From Clytia hemisphaerica (lineage: Eukaryota), in contig NW_027103286.1 of assembly GCF_902728285.1 (NCBI RefSeq), positions 3,228,497 to 3,292,496 of the forward strand: DNA of 64,000 nt. The letters run 5' to 3'. Shown here one piece after another: positions 1-10,856 of the stretch. Each line of letters starts with the position of its first letter. The first letter of the stretch is position 1. The position numbers and the translations under genes were made by a program. A model generated the notes under the pieces. The model was not told the DNA's origin and did no database searches. It saw nothing but the letters and a program-made list of their open reading frames with translations.

Positions 1-614
1 ACAGGTAAATTTATAGGACCTCCACCCCACCAGGGTAGGTCCAAAAAGGCGTTGTAGATAGGGAGAGGTGTAGTGACATTGAGTTTCCGCGGTAGCTTCT
101 CGTAACAGCTTAGCTCCCGATCCCATTTCCACGAAAATTGAATGGTTCACCAAATTAGAATCAGTGAAAGCACACAACAATGAAGGTACAATATTGAAAG
201 TAAATTCACCTTTTTATCCGTAACTTTCAGATTGTTTTTCATATAATTTGCAAATTTATCGAATTTCTTTGGTAGATTTGGCGACTAAAAAAAAGGTTTA
301 GACAATTAATAGAATTCTTCCAACAGAATTTTTGCATTTTTTCCTGAGAACAAGCTTGAAAATAAAAAGATATTCAATCAAAACTGCTACACAAATTCCG
401 AGAATAGAATATAAAAGAAAAGCTAGGTTAAATAATTCAATCGTGCTTACTTTCAATAGGAGGGACTTGATTTCATCCGTACCCTAGAAATAAAAGAAAA
501 CATTTAAAGTAGTCAGTGATTCTGACGATCGACGAAAAACCCAATCAAATCGATTAGCATTTGCTATTTCAAGTGCATTCATAAATGAAAAACAAAATGG
601 AAAACTAAGCTTAC

Positions 615-764
615 CTTTTTAGCACCAGCTGATTTTGAGGGCGTTTTAGCGGGAGTTTTTTCATCTTTTTTAGCAGGTGTTTTCTTAGCATGACCATTTG
701 TAAGCGGTTTTTTGGCGGGAGTTTTTTCTTCCTCACTTTCCTCATCTTCATCATCGTCTTCCTC
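615..764 (-). CDS. NPM-like gene, acidic-plus-basic tail exon (EEDDDEDEESEEEKTPAKKPLTNGHAKKTPAKKDEKTPAKTPSKSAGAKK), phase 0/0. It ends at a strong donor AAG|gtaagc, so the gene continues toward the window start.
   Basis: Acceptor ctttccaattcaacag|GAGGAA at about 765. It is exactly 150 nt and 50 codons. Donor AAAAAG|gtaagctta at about 614. The listed ORF 579-833 over-extends past both splice sites. A further small exon candidate (GTDEIKSLLLK|gtaagc) is at about 440-480. Confidence 0.5.
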
Positions 765-1372
765 CTGTTGAATTGGAAAGATATTCAAAAGTGGAATTAA
801 TTTAGCTTGGTAAAAACAAGGGAAATTTACCACCCTTGTGTACTCTTCAAATCTGCTAAGGTTCCCTCATATTCACTCAACTTGAAATAAAATCTTGTTC
901 TAACGACCCTCTATATAGACAAAAGTCAGTAAGACAAATTCAAAGAAAACAGAGGTAACATACTATAAAAATGAAGGACACTTTTGTCTAAATCCTGACT
1001 TACTGAGGACGCCTGTACATCAGCACTTTTACCGTTCTCGATTTTGGGCTATTCCAAATTGCTTCTGGCACTTTACCGTCCTCAATTAAGTGCAAATACA
1101 TAAACTCGCTATGCTTGAGTAGGGTACGGTAGTCATAAATATTCGTTCTTTTTAAGTTTTAGAGCACGTAAACTCAGTGCCTATCCTTACAAATCTAGCT
1201 TTGCATTAACTTTTCAGCGGAGAAAAATCTGGTACATACCTTTTCATCATCTTCAAAGTCTGCTCCAAGCTTGAGCTTACAGGTAGTTTTTCATTTTAGC
1301 CTGTACCAATCAACCTGGTGCCTAACCTAGCTTCAATCTTAAACTCTAAGCAGAGAAAAGTCTAGTACATAC

Positions 1373-1500
1373 CTCTTCGTCATCTTCAGAGCCTTCTTCT
1401 TCTCCTTCTTCCTCATCTTCTTCAGAGTCGACATCGTCACCTTCCTCAGGTTCATCTTCGTCCTCACTCTCTTCATCGTCATCTTCGACCGCCTCACCGT
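1373..1500 (-). CDS. NPM-like gene, second acidic-tract exon (…EAVEDDDEESEDEDEPEEGDDVDSEEDEEEGEEEGSEDDEE).
   Basis: Acceptor tttattag|ACGG at about 1501. An alternative AG sits 6 nt in (ggtgag|GCG), which would make it phase-compatible with the previous exon. Donor GAAGAG|gtatgtac at about 1372. A near-identical truncated copy of this exon's 3' end and donor (plus 1195-1265) lies about 120 bp downstream and looks like a duplicated pseudo-exon. Confidence 0.5.
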
Positions 1501-1844
1501 CTAATAAACTGGGCTACAAAAAGTAAAGAGCAGCTTTTTTAACTTACTGTGAACCATCTTTTGTTATGTTGTACTCGCAGAAGTTAATGAAAGGGAGAAT
1601 TATAAAGATAATGTAAAGGGACAGCAGAGCAAAGATTCTTTCATGATTACCCTACAACAACATGACCAACATTTGAAAAACACGCTTATTAATAGACTAT
1701 ACAGTGTGTCCATTCTAAATTTCAGCAAGGTGATGAGTTTTGAGGATTTAACTTTATATAAGTAAGATCTGTTCCAACACCTTTCCATAGAAAATTTAGA
1801 TTCTCAGGAGTATTATATCTGTAATAAATATCCATAGATCATAC

Positions 1845-1949
1845 CATTTCTTCGTCTTCAGAACCTTCTTCATCTTCACCACTCTCATCTCCTTCCTCAG
1901 GTTCATCTTCGTCTTCGTCTGACTCTTCTGGTTCCGGCTCAGGTTCAAC
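1845..1949 (-). CDS. NPM-like gene, acidic-tract exon (VEPEPEPEESDEDEDEPEEGDESGEDEEGSEDEEM), phase 0/0.
   Basis: Acceptor gctttcag|GTTGAACC and donor GAAATG|gtatgatc. Exactly 105 nt. The acidic frame is open. The alternative frame is basic (K-rich) and is also open. Confidence 0.5.
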
Positions 1950-2701
1950 CTGAAAGCAAAAGAATTCATTTTATCTACCTTATTTAACTAATTTTCGCGA
2001 GAACTAATTTTTGCGGTCAAAAAAAAAATCAAAAAAATTTCATTTCGCGGGTTTTGCTCTTTTTTGGACAAATTTCTTTCATTTTCCTAGGAATTTTTCA
2101 AATTTTTGATAAAATTGAAAAAAAAAAGTATTTCCAGTTTTTAACTCTCAAAATTTTTTGCGGACTCAAATTTTTGCGATTTTGACAAAAAAACTGCGAA
2201 AAACACTATAAAATTAATCCCCGCAAAAATTAGTTCCAATAAGGTATTCGTTACAAGGATAACATAAAAATTAAAAAATGGCAAAGGCGTGGACCAAAAT
2301 AGATATATCAAAACTAACCCTACGTAGGGAAAAGGTTGTAGCAGGGTGTAGTACTCTTTCAGAGGGTAAACATTACTTTTGGATATGTTCAAATTGTAAA
2401 TCTAAAGGATGACCCTGACATTCTTAGGGAATGTAAAAAGCCTAGAACTCCAATTCCTTTATAACTTAAGCTACCCTGTGTTTTTGAATCGCACAAAATA
2501 TAAACGCAAACCTTTTTCTTTTTAGACGGTGTTTGTTTATCTTTTTTATCTTCTAATGGTCTCTTCCCCTGGAAGAAAATTTGACATCAAATCATTATTT
2601 CCTTCTGTATTAACACTGAAATGATACAGAGGCAATCAAAAAGAAAAGAAAATTACAATTAACAAGCAAATAATAAAGATTAAAAAGAAAAGTCGAATAA
2701 T

Positions 2702-2820
2702 TTATACAGGTTTATCTTCTGTCTTTTTTTCGTTTTTTGTTGGTTCTGTCTTTTTTTCTATTACTGGTTTTGGTGCAACTGCTTTCTTTGGTTCAACGAG
2801 ATTTGGAATATCTTCATCAT
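2702..2820 (-). CDS. NPM-like gene, acidic/K-P-rich exon (DDEDIPNLVEPKKAVAPKPVIEKKTEPTKNEKKTEDKPV). It either ends at a TAA or splices at CCT|gtataa (about 2708) to the downstream acidic exons.
   Basis: Strong acceptor tttacatttcag|AT at about 2821. Its phase-1 entry matches the phase-1 exit of the core exon. The next in-frame stop is at 2702-2704. A possible GT donor 6 nt upstream would continue in phase 0. Confidence 0.5.
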
Positions 2821-3611
2821 CTGAAATGTAAAAACAGAAAATGGATATTATTTCATGCTCAGTGGTCAAAGTAAAGTGTGAGACTGAACTTGAATCTGCT
2901 TGAATTCTACACAGCAAATTAGCCCTGATTCTCCAAATCTAACTGAATTTTGAATGGAAAAAGTACCGGGTGTCCCAGAAAAAAGTTCCGCTCTTTGACG
3001 TGAATTTTCTTGAGTTCTATGAACTTTTAGATAATGAATCTTTTTGCATTGGAAAGAAGAAGGATAAACTTAAATTTTGAGGGGTCATTTATTAAATTAA
3101 GTCAACTTGATCAAAAGTTATGGCCTAAATGCTAAAACATCACTCTTCAAAAAAGTAAAAAAAAGACGAAAAAAGAGGAGATCAAATCATTATAAAGAAA
3201 GCACTTCTTTTGCCAATTTATTTACGCTCAAAGTTTTTTCCATGCAATTCTTTAAGGTGTCTTTATTTTATTGTTAATTCCTTTTCTTTTCTTTGTCTAA
3301 TTTAACGAGCTCCCATGGGCATAATCAAGGGGCACGATTTTGCTAAAATTCTGAAAAATGTTGCTATTCAATGTGTAACCAGGCATATTAAAGGTTTGGT
3401 TTTTAAATAAGAGTGATAACGTTTGCTTACTCATCAATTTTAATTCACAAGTTTTTTCACATTGGATTGACACGAATGTGGAGCAAGATTTGTCAAAAAG
3501 AGGAAAAGAAAAACATTTTTTGCTTATATCAGCACAATTATAACAATAGGCAGATATGAAATGTGTCTGATATAAACTAATGTAAAAATAAAACCTTTAA
3601 TAAAAAAATAC

Positions 3612-3962
3612 CTTCGCTATCACTGAAATCCTCGTCATCCATCATATCAAGAGGAGCTGCTTTTAGATGTGTACCACATAATGATAGCGGTCCAGTGCCT
3701 TCACGCAGTCTGAATTTTGTTGGATTATTGAAACCTAATTCTAGATGCATACACTCATTTCCCCCAGCACGTAAAGAAACAATGGAACATACAACTTCTT
3801 CCCCATTATCGTTTGCAGTTGTTACTTCAACAAGGTTCCGTTCTCCATCTTTTGCTTTTGCACCAAGGCATGCAGATGTGAGTTGTAATTTGTGTTCAAT
3901 ATCCTCCTCTGTTTCTAAGGGGTCCCAAGTAGTTTCATTTTTTCCTTTTGTAAGGGTACAAC
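3612..3962 (-). CDS. Nucleoplasmin/nucleophosmin-like protein, core-domain exon. The minus-strand translation is GCTLTKGKNETTWDPLETEEDIEHKLQLTSACLGAKAKDGERNLVEVTTANDNGEEVVCSIVSLRAGGNECMHLELGFNNPTKFRLREGTGPLSLCGTHLKAAPLDMMDDEDFSDSE. It enters in phase 2 and leaves in phase 1.
   Basis: Reverse-complement translation gives a long open frame with the conserved NPM core pattern (GCEL-like start, HQL..R..CLGA.AKDE..VVE, GF..PP..FRL..GSGP..L.G.HL, acidic tail). Acceptor ctttcag|GT at about 3963. Donor GAAG|gtattt at about 3611. The plus-strand ORF 3695-4021 is antisense junk. Confidence 0.75.
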
Positions 3963-6900
3963 CTGAAAGAAAATTAGATGAAATGTTTACGTCTATTTAC
4001 TGCTATCCATTTGTAATATAAATAAATTTCAGATATTTTGTTATTCGAAAGCCCAATGGTAACATTCCAAATATTTAGTATTAGGTAGCAAGTATTATAA
4101 CTTTGTCCCTTTTGGCTGAAATTTGGTACACTTGTTCCTTGGGTGAATACCTAGGGTTGTTTTATCTTCATTTTTCATTTTTTTATATACGTTAAAATAG
4201 TGTCTTTAGAATAATGTCCTCGTCCTCAGAGCCTTTCAAAATAAATTACTTCAGAGAAGCGAAAAACTCGTCCCCAGGCCCCAAAAATCTAAATTTTTGA
4301 AAAATGAAAGAAACACCCCCAGATATTCACCCAAGGAACAAGTGTGCAAAATTTCAGCCAAATCAAACAATTTTTGAAGTATCCAGGGTGCCCCAAAGTT
4401 TTTGGACGGACATACAGACATACATAAAGACACTGTCAGATTCTAGCTCAACTGAAGTTGAGAATTATTTCAGAAAGGGCTTTTGTAAGAAAAATAGTTT
4501 CATTGGATTTAATCTTCAAAGAAAGGTTGAAGATATTTTTTTCGAAAATTGGGCTCCCTTACATTCTAGGTTTTGCCATTTTGCATTAGTGTGCAAAATT
4601 TTGTGACAAATAGACAAGTAAAACTTGATAAATTCAATAAAAACCGTTTTTCCGGCGATTATCAGCTGTTATGGCGATTTTTAGAAAGTTCTGGCTACCA
4701 GAACTTAAAACCTACAAAAATAGAGGTACCCTCTGTCTGAAAATTTAGGTGTACTTTAAGGCTGAAATTTTTTAAGTTGAAAGTACACTGTCTATGGTTC
4801 CCACAAAATGGTTTTTCTTGAGTAACTTTTTATAAAATAATCCTTTTGGTCTCAAATTTTGAACAGTAATTTACCGCAAAGTAACTAATGTTGCAATTAG
4901 ACCATTGGGACCTAAATATTTTCAAAACTGTACATTGAAATCAAAATAAACCTTTAAAACCTAAATTAGAACTTTGAGGGCCTTAAGATTTCTTTGAGGT
5001 CTAGCCATGAAGAAGAAAATGATTTTTTTCGTACCTACCATAAGTATAACAAGTATGACCTTAAAATTCAATTGTGTAATCCCTAGGTCCGAAAAACTTA
5101 ATTTTTTGAAGGGATTCTTGATAAAATCTTGAAAACTTCGAATTTTATAACACTTTGTGATAATTGAAATTCTAGAAATTAGGTATTTTATGTACGTTTA
5201 TAAGAGGTTGTAAAAAGTGAATTATACAATACTAAATTAAGTTTGGTGGTTAAGAGAACCTAAAGAGCAACGTTGTAGGTTTGAAGCCCGGGTATCCACT
5301 GGTACTTCTAGATGTTCATTTTCTAATCTTTCAAGAAATTGATCATACAGATATAAGCTCATAGAAAACTTTGTAAAAAAGACAACAGAACGTCTGATGG
5401 ACTAAACTGAAAAAGGCTGAACGCATATAATTATATAATTTTCATAAGATGTTATCTAGTAACATCTTATGAAAATTATATATGTTAATCACATAATAAT
5501 TCTAACAAACTCCTGACATAAAGTTAAAATCAAAAGATCAAAAAGATTTTTCCAGTTTTCCTGTTGGAAAATGCACCTATTTCCCCAGTTTTTCCAGCTA
5601 ATTTTCTGAAAGAAGCCATTTTTCCAGGTTTTTCAGCATGTGTGGCCACCCTGTGATTAACCACTGTGTTGGTTTTATAACCTATTTTTTGGACTTGCGA
5701 GAAGACAAATGTTATTGTAAAAAGATTTCATTTGGAAGTGTAATTATACCCTTTCCAGTGAACTGGACCCACATTTTTCAAGTCAGAATTCATTGCCAGT
5801 AATGTCGCAGCATGGCTTGAAACCTTGCAGGTGGTTGTTGTAGGTCTGGTGGAAAATGGATTTATTTGTAAATGTAAACATTACTGTATAACTAAAATAT
5901 TTTCCTTAATTTGACAAAAAAAAGGTTCAAGGTTTGTTTACTTTTTCAACTGGCTTCTGAAGGCCTTTGAATTTTCTCCTGCTCTTGTTGAACCAAGTTG
6001 TCGACACAAATGCGCCCCAAAATTACAGTACGAGTGTAGAGGCCAGCTCTGGTTCGAACAGTCTAGAAACTGCGCTCTTCTCCTAAGAAAAACCCTTTGC
6101 TTGGAGTCGAGCTGCAGGTTTTTGGAGAATGACAGGCTAGCTCTAAAGCTAGGCTAAAACATCTAATAACATGAAAACCAGAATATGATTTTCCAATGGG
6201 AAACAAAACTATAAAGTGCACTTACAAACATCAATTTGTCAGATCTAACAAAATTAATAAAGGCACTGTCATCATTGACAATCAAACAAAGGATTTTCTG
6301 TCAAGAGCCTTGTAAACATTCCAACAACTTCCATTGAAATGATCTGCCGCAGCTAAGTCTACCATTTAGAACTTTTGCAAAAAAATGGAAAAATACAAAA
6401 GTTGTATTTTTTACTGCTCTATTCACATACAAATTTGAAAGATCTTCTATGTGGCGTTTTTCTGCAAACTTAAAAAAACTGGGCCATTCCAGAATTTATC
6501 TTTAACAGGGGGGGGGGGGGGGCGGACAACACAGGATTTCCGAGGGCAAAAGTTTTCACCGAAATTTGAAATTTCCAAGGCGAGAGAAGAAAATGTATGA
6601 ATTTCCAAGGAATTGAATTAAAAAAGGCAAAAAAGAGTGGAATTTCCGATTCATTTTGCAAAAGTACAAGGATTTTTATCGGAATTTCCGACCACCACTG
6701 GAAAAGAAAAATTATTTCTGAGGCTAGAAAAAATCAAAAAATGCACGTTGTCTGACGGGGGGTAACAAAATTTTTCTGGAATGGCCCACTGATTTTTATC
6801 CCGTTCTTGCGAGACTTTAGCTAAAGTGCTTGAGTGCAGCATTGGGTACAGAGTCCAAATAACTTTTATATGAACAGTTAGGGTCATACTGAATGAGCCC

Positions 6901-7271
6901 CGGTTGTGTTGGTTTTAGTCAAACGGAGACACCATTCTGTCTTCAGAGGAATTTTTCGACGACATCTCTACACAGGAACTAGCAGAGTTTTATGTTCTAT
7001 GAATATGTTGTTAGGGGTTTTTGGATCAATATAGTTTGATTTCCTAAAGATCACAAACAAGCGAGGGGTCCCTTTAAAAGGCAATTTCTTTGCTGAAGGT
7101 TTTTTTCTTCATAAATTTTCATCTTCAATCTTTTAAAGATTGGATAATTTATCATTGTCTTGGTTTTTCAGGGTTTTCAGGGAGTAGAGAGCTTTTTACA
7201 GATCTTAAAAAGGTTTACTACTAATTCTTTAGATATAGCTAGTGAAAAGTTTAGACATCGGTAAAAACTTA

Positions 7272-7665
7272 GGGGGCAGCGTATATTCAAAGTTGCCACG
7301 CGTAACAGGATAAAAATCAAAGATCGCTTACCATAGCGCTCACTTCTTTGCTTTTTCCTTTAGCGCGCTATCCGAAATCCTTTCCCTGAGCAATTTAAGG
7401 GTGGTTTCAGAGTATAACATTCTTGCCTCAGGAGTTTTAAAAACAAAGGCTGTTTAAAAATTGTGATGAAATTTGGTCATCGTAAACCTTCGAAAATGGT
7501 GACCTTTGTATAGCAGGCCATTTGTTTTGATTTTAGCGGGAATGGAAGCTTCGGTAAAATTTTGGTCAAATCATGAAGACCGTTAAGGAGGTGGGTAGTT
7601 ATGTTTTGAAAGTAACGGTCTTTTCCTGTTACGCGTGGCGACTTTTTGAATATGGACGTCGCCCC
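7272..7665. mobile_element. MITE with TIRs of about 37 bp (GGGGGCAGCGTATATTCAAAGTTGCCACGCGTAACAGG … CCTGTTACGCGTGGCGACTTTTTGAATATGGACGTCGCCCC), flanked by a TTA direct duplication. It is PIF/Harbinger (Tourist)-like.
   Basis: The terminal inverted repeats are visible directly. TTA lies immediately outside both ends (7269-71 and 7666-68). There is no coding capacity. Confidence 0.65.
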
Positions 7666-7959
7666 TTATCGCAAGCATCCACCGAAGAGAGACTTCAAAA
7701 TAAGGCACGTTCACCATCTAGATATGGCGGTCTGTTCTTAGTGAACTAAAGAAAAAAAGTCTGCTGAAGTGGTCCGTTCTACTGAAGATTGGGACCAGCT
7801 GGAAAAATATGGTCTGTTCTACAAAAGATTGGGACCAGCTGGAAAATTATGATCTGTTCTTATGAAAAAATAGTTTGATCCAAAAAATAAGGTGTCTAAG
7901 AATTTCCTATCTGTTCTGAGGGAATTTCAAAAAAGTCAAAAAGTCTTTGAGATCTGCCT

Positions 7960-8190
7960 TCTGAATGTGGTTGCCGAGACGGAACCTACCTAGATCTGCG
8001 CACTGCCGGATAGGCTATTTCCCAGAAATTTTGCCAGACCTCAAACACTGACCCATTTACATGTGCGGAATTGTTTTTACTTTAGCGTATAAACAAGGCC
8101 TTAAAAATCGAAGCGCTGTCTCGGGAATTGAATGACAAATTTTGGTTGGTTGATTTTGGCTGCTGCACGCTTTATTTTGTTTCAAACTTT
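7960..8190 (+). repeat. Dispersed repeat. An inverted copy lies at 40225-40440.
   Basis: …ctagatctgcgcactgccggataggctatttcccagaaattttgccagacctcaaacactgacccatttacatgtgcggaattgtttttactttagcgtataaacaaggccttaaaaatcgaagcgctgtctcgggaattgaatgacaaattttggttggttgattttggctgctgcacg… matches the reverse complement of 40225-40440. Confidence 0.65.
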
Positions 8191-8336
8191 CAAATTTTAA
8201 TTAATTGTTTTGCGAACTTGATTCAGGTAACTCTCATCCTTGTTGCTGCAAATACATCCTGTAGATGACTAATGTTGTTTTTTCTGAAAGCTTTATTTCC
8301 TAGTGTGAATAACTGTCAGATAGTCCCAAGTTAGAG

Positions 8337-8600
8337 CAGTTGACGGTATGTCCCTGATTGAACACGTTGTGGTATAGTGGACATCAACCTTGATTCCTGT
8401 ACAGGCGACCAAGGTTCGATTCCCACTCACAACGGCTCACTTGGCTAGTGAACAAACCTTCGCCCGGGTTAACCCATGCCATGTGAGGGGAATTGGGTAG
8501 TCAGTTCAAGGTGCTGACGGGATGCTTACTCAAAGCATCTATAGTTGAGAGAATGGGCTCCCAGAGCCTCCTGTAACTCAACCATAATAGATAGATAGAA
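8337..8600 (+). mobile_element. tRNA-derived SINE-like element. It has a degenerate tRNA-like head (GTTGTGGTATAGTGG…AAGGTTCGATTCCCACTCACAACG) plus a body.
   Basis: A D-arm-like and T-loop-like box (GGTTCGATTCC) are present but the T-stem cannot pair. The GGTTCGA(A/T)TCCCACTC region is shared with 10040-10075. Confidence 0.4.
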
Positions 8601-8623
8601 CACTGACACATGCATTTCAGTTT

Positions 8624-9073
8624 GGGAAATTGCATAGATCCGCAACGTTGCGTAATTTCGCATTTTTTGCGTTGTAATATTTTGCAGCGCTGCGAAATTC
8701 CGCAGCTTTATCGCTGCATAATTTCGCAGCCTTAGCCTATGGACCAAAACCGGCATTGCAGGGCCTGGACCGGGATCCCAAAATAATGTGCATTTTGAAG
8801 GATAACCCAAAAGGAAACTATTCACCCTAGGATTTTAATTTCCTACCTGGCGATTATTCACAATCATTCTTAGAAGAAATGCTACTTTGTTCAAATATGC
8901 CAGATTTTGCCTAATTTTGCTTGTTTGCGAAAATTGGTCGTCATAGTTGGTGTTTATAATCGCACACTTCCATTGGGAACGTTGCGAAAAATTGCAGCGC
9001 ACGCTGAGGGAATCGTTGCAAAAAAACGCAAAATTGCGAAATTTTGAAACGTTGCGGATCTATGCAATTTCCC
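8624..9073. mobile_element. MITE with TIRs of about 35 bp (GGGAAATTGCATAGATCCGCAACGTTGCG…).
   Basis: The left end GGGAAATTGCATAGATCCGCAACGTTGCGTAATTTCGCA matches the reverse complement of the right end …TGCGAAATTTTGAAACGTTGCGGATCTATGCAATTTCCC. The internal ORFs 8947-9165 and 8941-9123 are spurious. Confidence 0.6.
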
Positions 9074-9989
9074 GAACTGATTTCCAAGTCCAACACCTGT
9101 GCTGGTGCAGGGTAAGGAGACAATTCTTTAAAAGGGTGATTTTTTGTGTTTTAAAAATGGAATAACTTTGGAAATACTCAACAAATTTAAATAAATGACT
9201 CCTCTAAAACTGCTAATTTGCTGGGAAAATTGAGCATCAGAATGAATGTGAACTCAAACATAAAAGAGTAATAAAAAAGAGTTAAAAACTTACCCCAGAA
9301 GTCTTCAAATGTATCACCACCTTCTGACATATTGAATATTATATATAAAAGTTTTTATAAAAAATAAAATTATTGAAGATTTTACAAAAAAATTCTGTCT
9401 GTCCTGCACGGCGCTTTCCCACGTGAATCGAACTTTTGAGTCATACACACACTTACTATCTAAAAACTAGCTACAAAAGCCCCGTTATATCTGCGTGCGT
9501 AAAACCAGGTAGACTTTTCAAAACAAACTTGCAAAAATGACTAGTTTACAGAATAGTACTATATGAGGACTATCTAAGGAATAAAAACATTTTGCAAAAT
9601 AGTCTACTAAAGGTAGCCTAGAGTCTGAGCTACAAATTTCTCTTAAATATTTTTTCATGCGACAGCCTGGTAACCGCTGTTTGCTGCAGTCGGTTGCTCT
9701 TATATCGGATGGCCAATAGTCACTTTCGTTTTTTAATTTTATTTTTTTATCCACGGATCGCTGATAGTCACTTTTCCGGGGGTTAGGTAGGGTCAGGGTT
9801 GCTAGTAACGGCTTGTCACTGTGCCGGGTGCATACTCGGCGCCTTGGGCCCCGCAGGGTTGTTAGTAACGGCTCGAATTTCAGTCAGGTTTAAAAAAGGG
9901 GTACTGTTACCCATATTATAATAATATTACCCCCGTCTTTTGCCAGTTCGGTATAATATGTTATGAATTGCGTGGTTTTGCTGTGCGGC

Positions 9990-10110
9990 GATGGCTCAAC
10001 GGATAGAGCGCTGGCTTCCGAATCTGAAGGTCTTTCTTTGGTGGTGGTTCGAATCCCACTCGGTGCGAAAATTAGTCAGGTCGAAATTGATGGACAAATG
10101 ATTGACAGGT
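9990..10110 (+). mobile_element. tRNA-like SINE head or tRNA pseudogene (GGCGATGGCTCAACGGATAGAGCGCTGGCTTCC…GGTGGTTCGAATCCCACTCGGTGCGA).
   Basis: Good D-arm (GCTC-AACGGATA-GAGC) and a 6/7 bp acceptor pairing, but the T-stem is broken and position 33 is not U. It shares the 3' motif GGTGCGA(CGC)GAAAATT with 53085-53115. Confidence 0.4.
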
Positions 10111-10856
10111 ATGAAAACTCAGTCAGAAATGAGGAACTAAGTCTCAGAAACTCAGACAGTCAGAAAAGAGAAAAATAGGATAAGAGATAGGAAAGAAAAG
10201 AAAAGAAGTTGAGGTGACTTTTGGCCATCCGATATAACATTTTCCGCTGCAGTCAGCACTGGCCACAAATTTGGTAAGCCTACTTTTTTTTTTTTCTTTT
10301 TTCTTTATTTAGCTTCTAATCTTTGTTTAGAATTAAGAGCCATATTCTTTAAACTAGGCAATGCTTGTTTTCCCTTAATCTAGCTAGCTACTACTGTCCT
10401 AAAAAAGCTTTAATTATGCAGATGGTGTCATAATTTATTGAACACCGAATCAATTGTGAATGGATGGGCTATCCCCCCCCCGTGCCCAGGGGAGGCACTT
10501 ATAGGCAAAATTGGGTACGTGGATGTGCCGCTAGTCAAGCTCCCTTTTTAGGCTCTGAAGATATCTGACAGGCAGGGTCGGTCCAAATCTACTAATTTAT
10601 AAGATGTGTAATTAAGCTGACCCCCAGTTTTCAGAGTAATGGCAGAAATCATTGAGATCTTGCTCGAGGGCAGAGATTGCTCACTTTTCAAGGGCAGGGG
10701 CAAAATTTTGATAATATTTAGAGTTCAGGGGCAAATCATTGAAAACTGGATATCTGTTTTTCTGGCTTTTTTTGTGATGGGAAACGGATCTTGAGGGCAG
10801 AGTTTTATGTTGGAAATTTTCCTTGGGGGCAAACCATGACATGCTCTGAAAACTGG

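Noticed and set aside
579-833. 84-aa minus ORF taken as a single CDS
   Set aside because: Only its central 150 nt (615-764) is bounded by good splice sites. The ORF boundaries over-extend through an acceptor and a strong donor.
3695-4021. Plus-strand 108-aa ORF
   Set aside because: It is exactly antisense to the nucleoplasmin core exon, which has a far more protein-like and family-consistent translation. It is a typical shadow ORF.
9963-10178. Possible functional tRNA gene (D-arm GCTC-AACGGATA-GAGC, acceptor 6/7 bp)
   Set aside because: The T-stem cannot pair and the anticodon loop lacks U33. A long insertion sits between the anticodon arm and the T-arm. The 3' tail is shared with another degenerate copy. 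It is therefore called a SINE or pseudogene.
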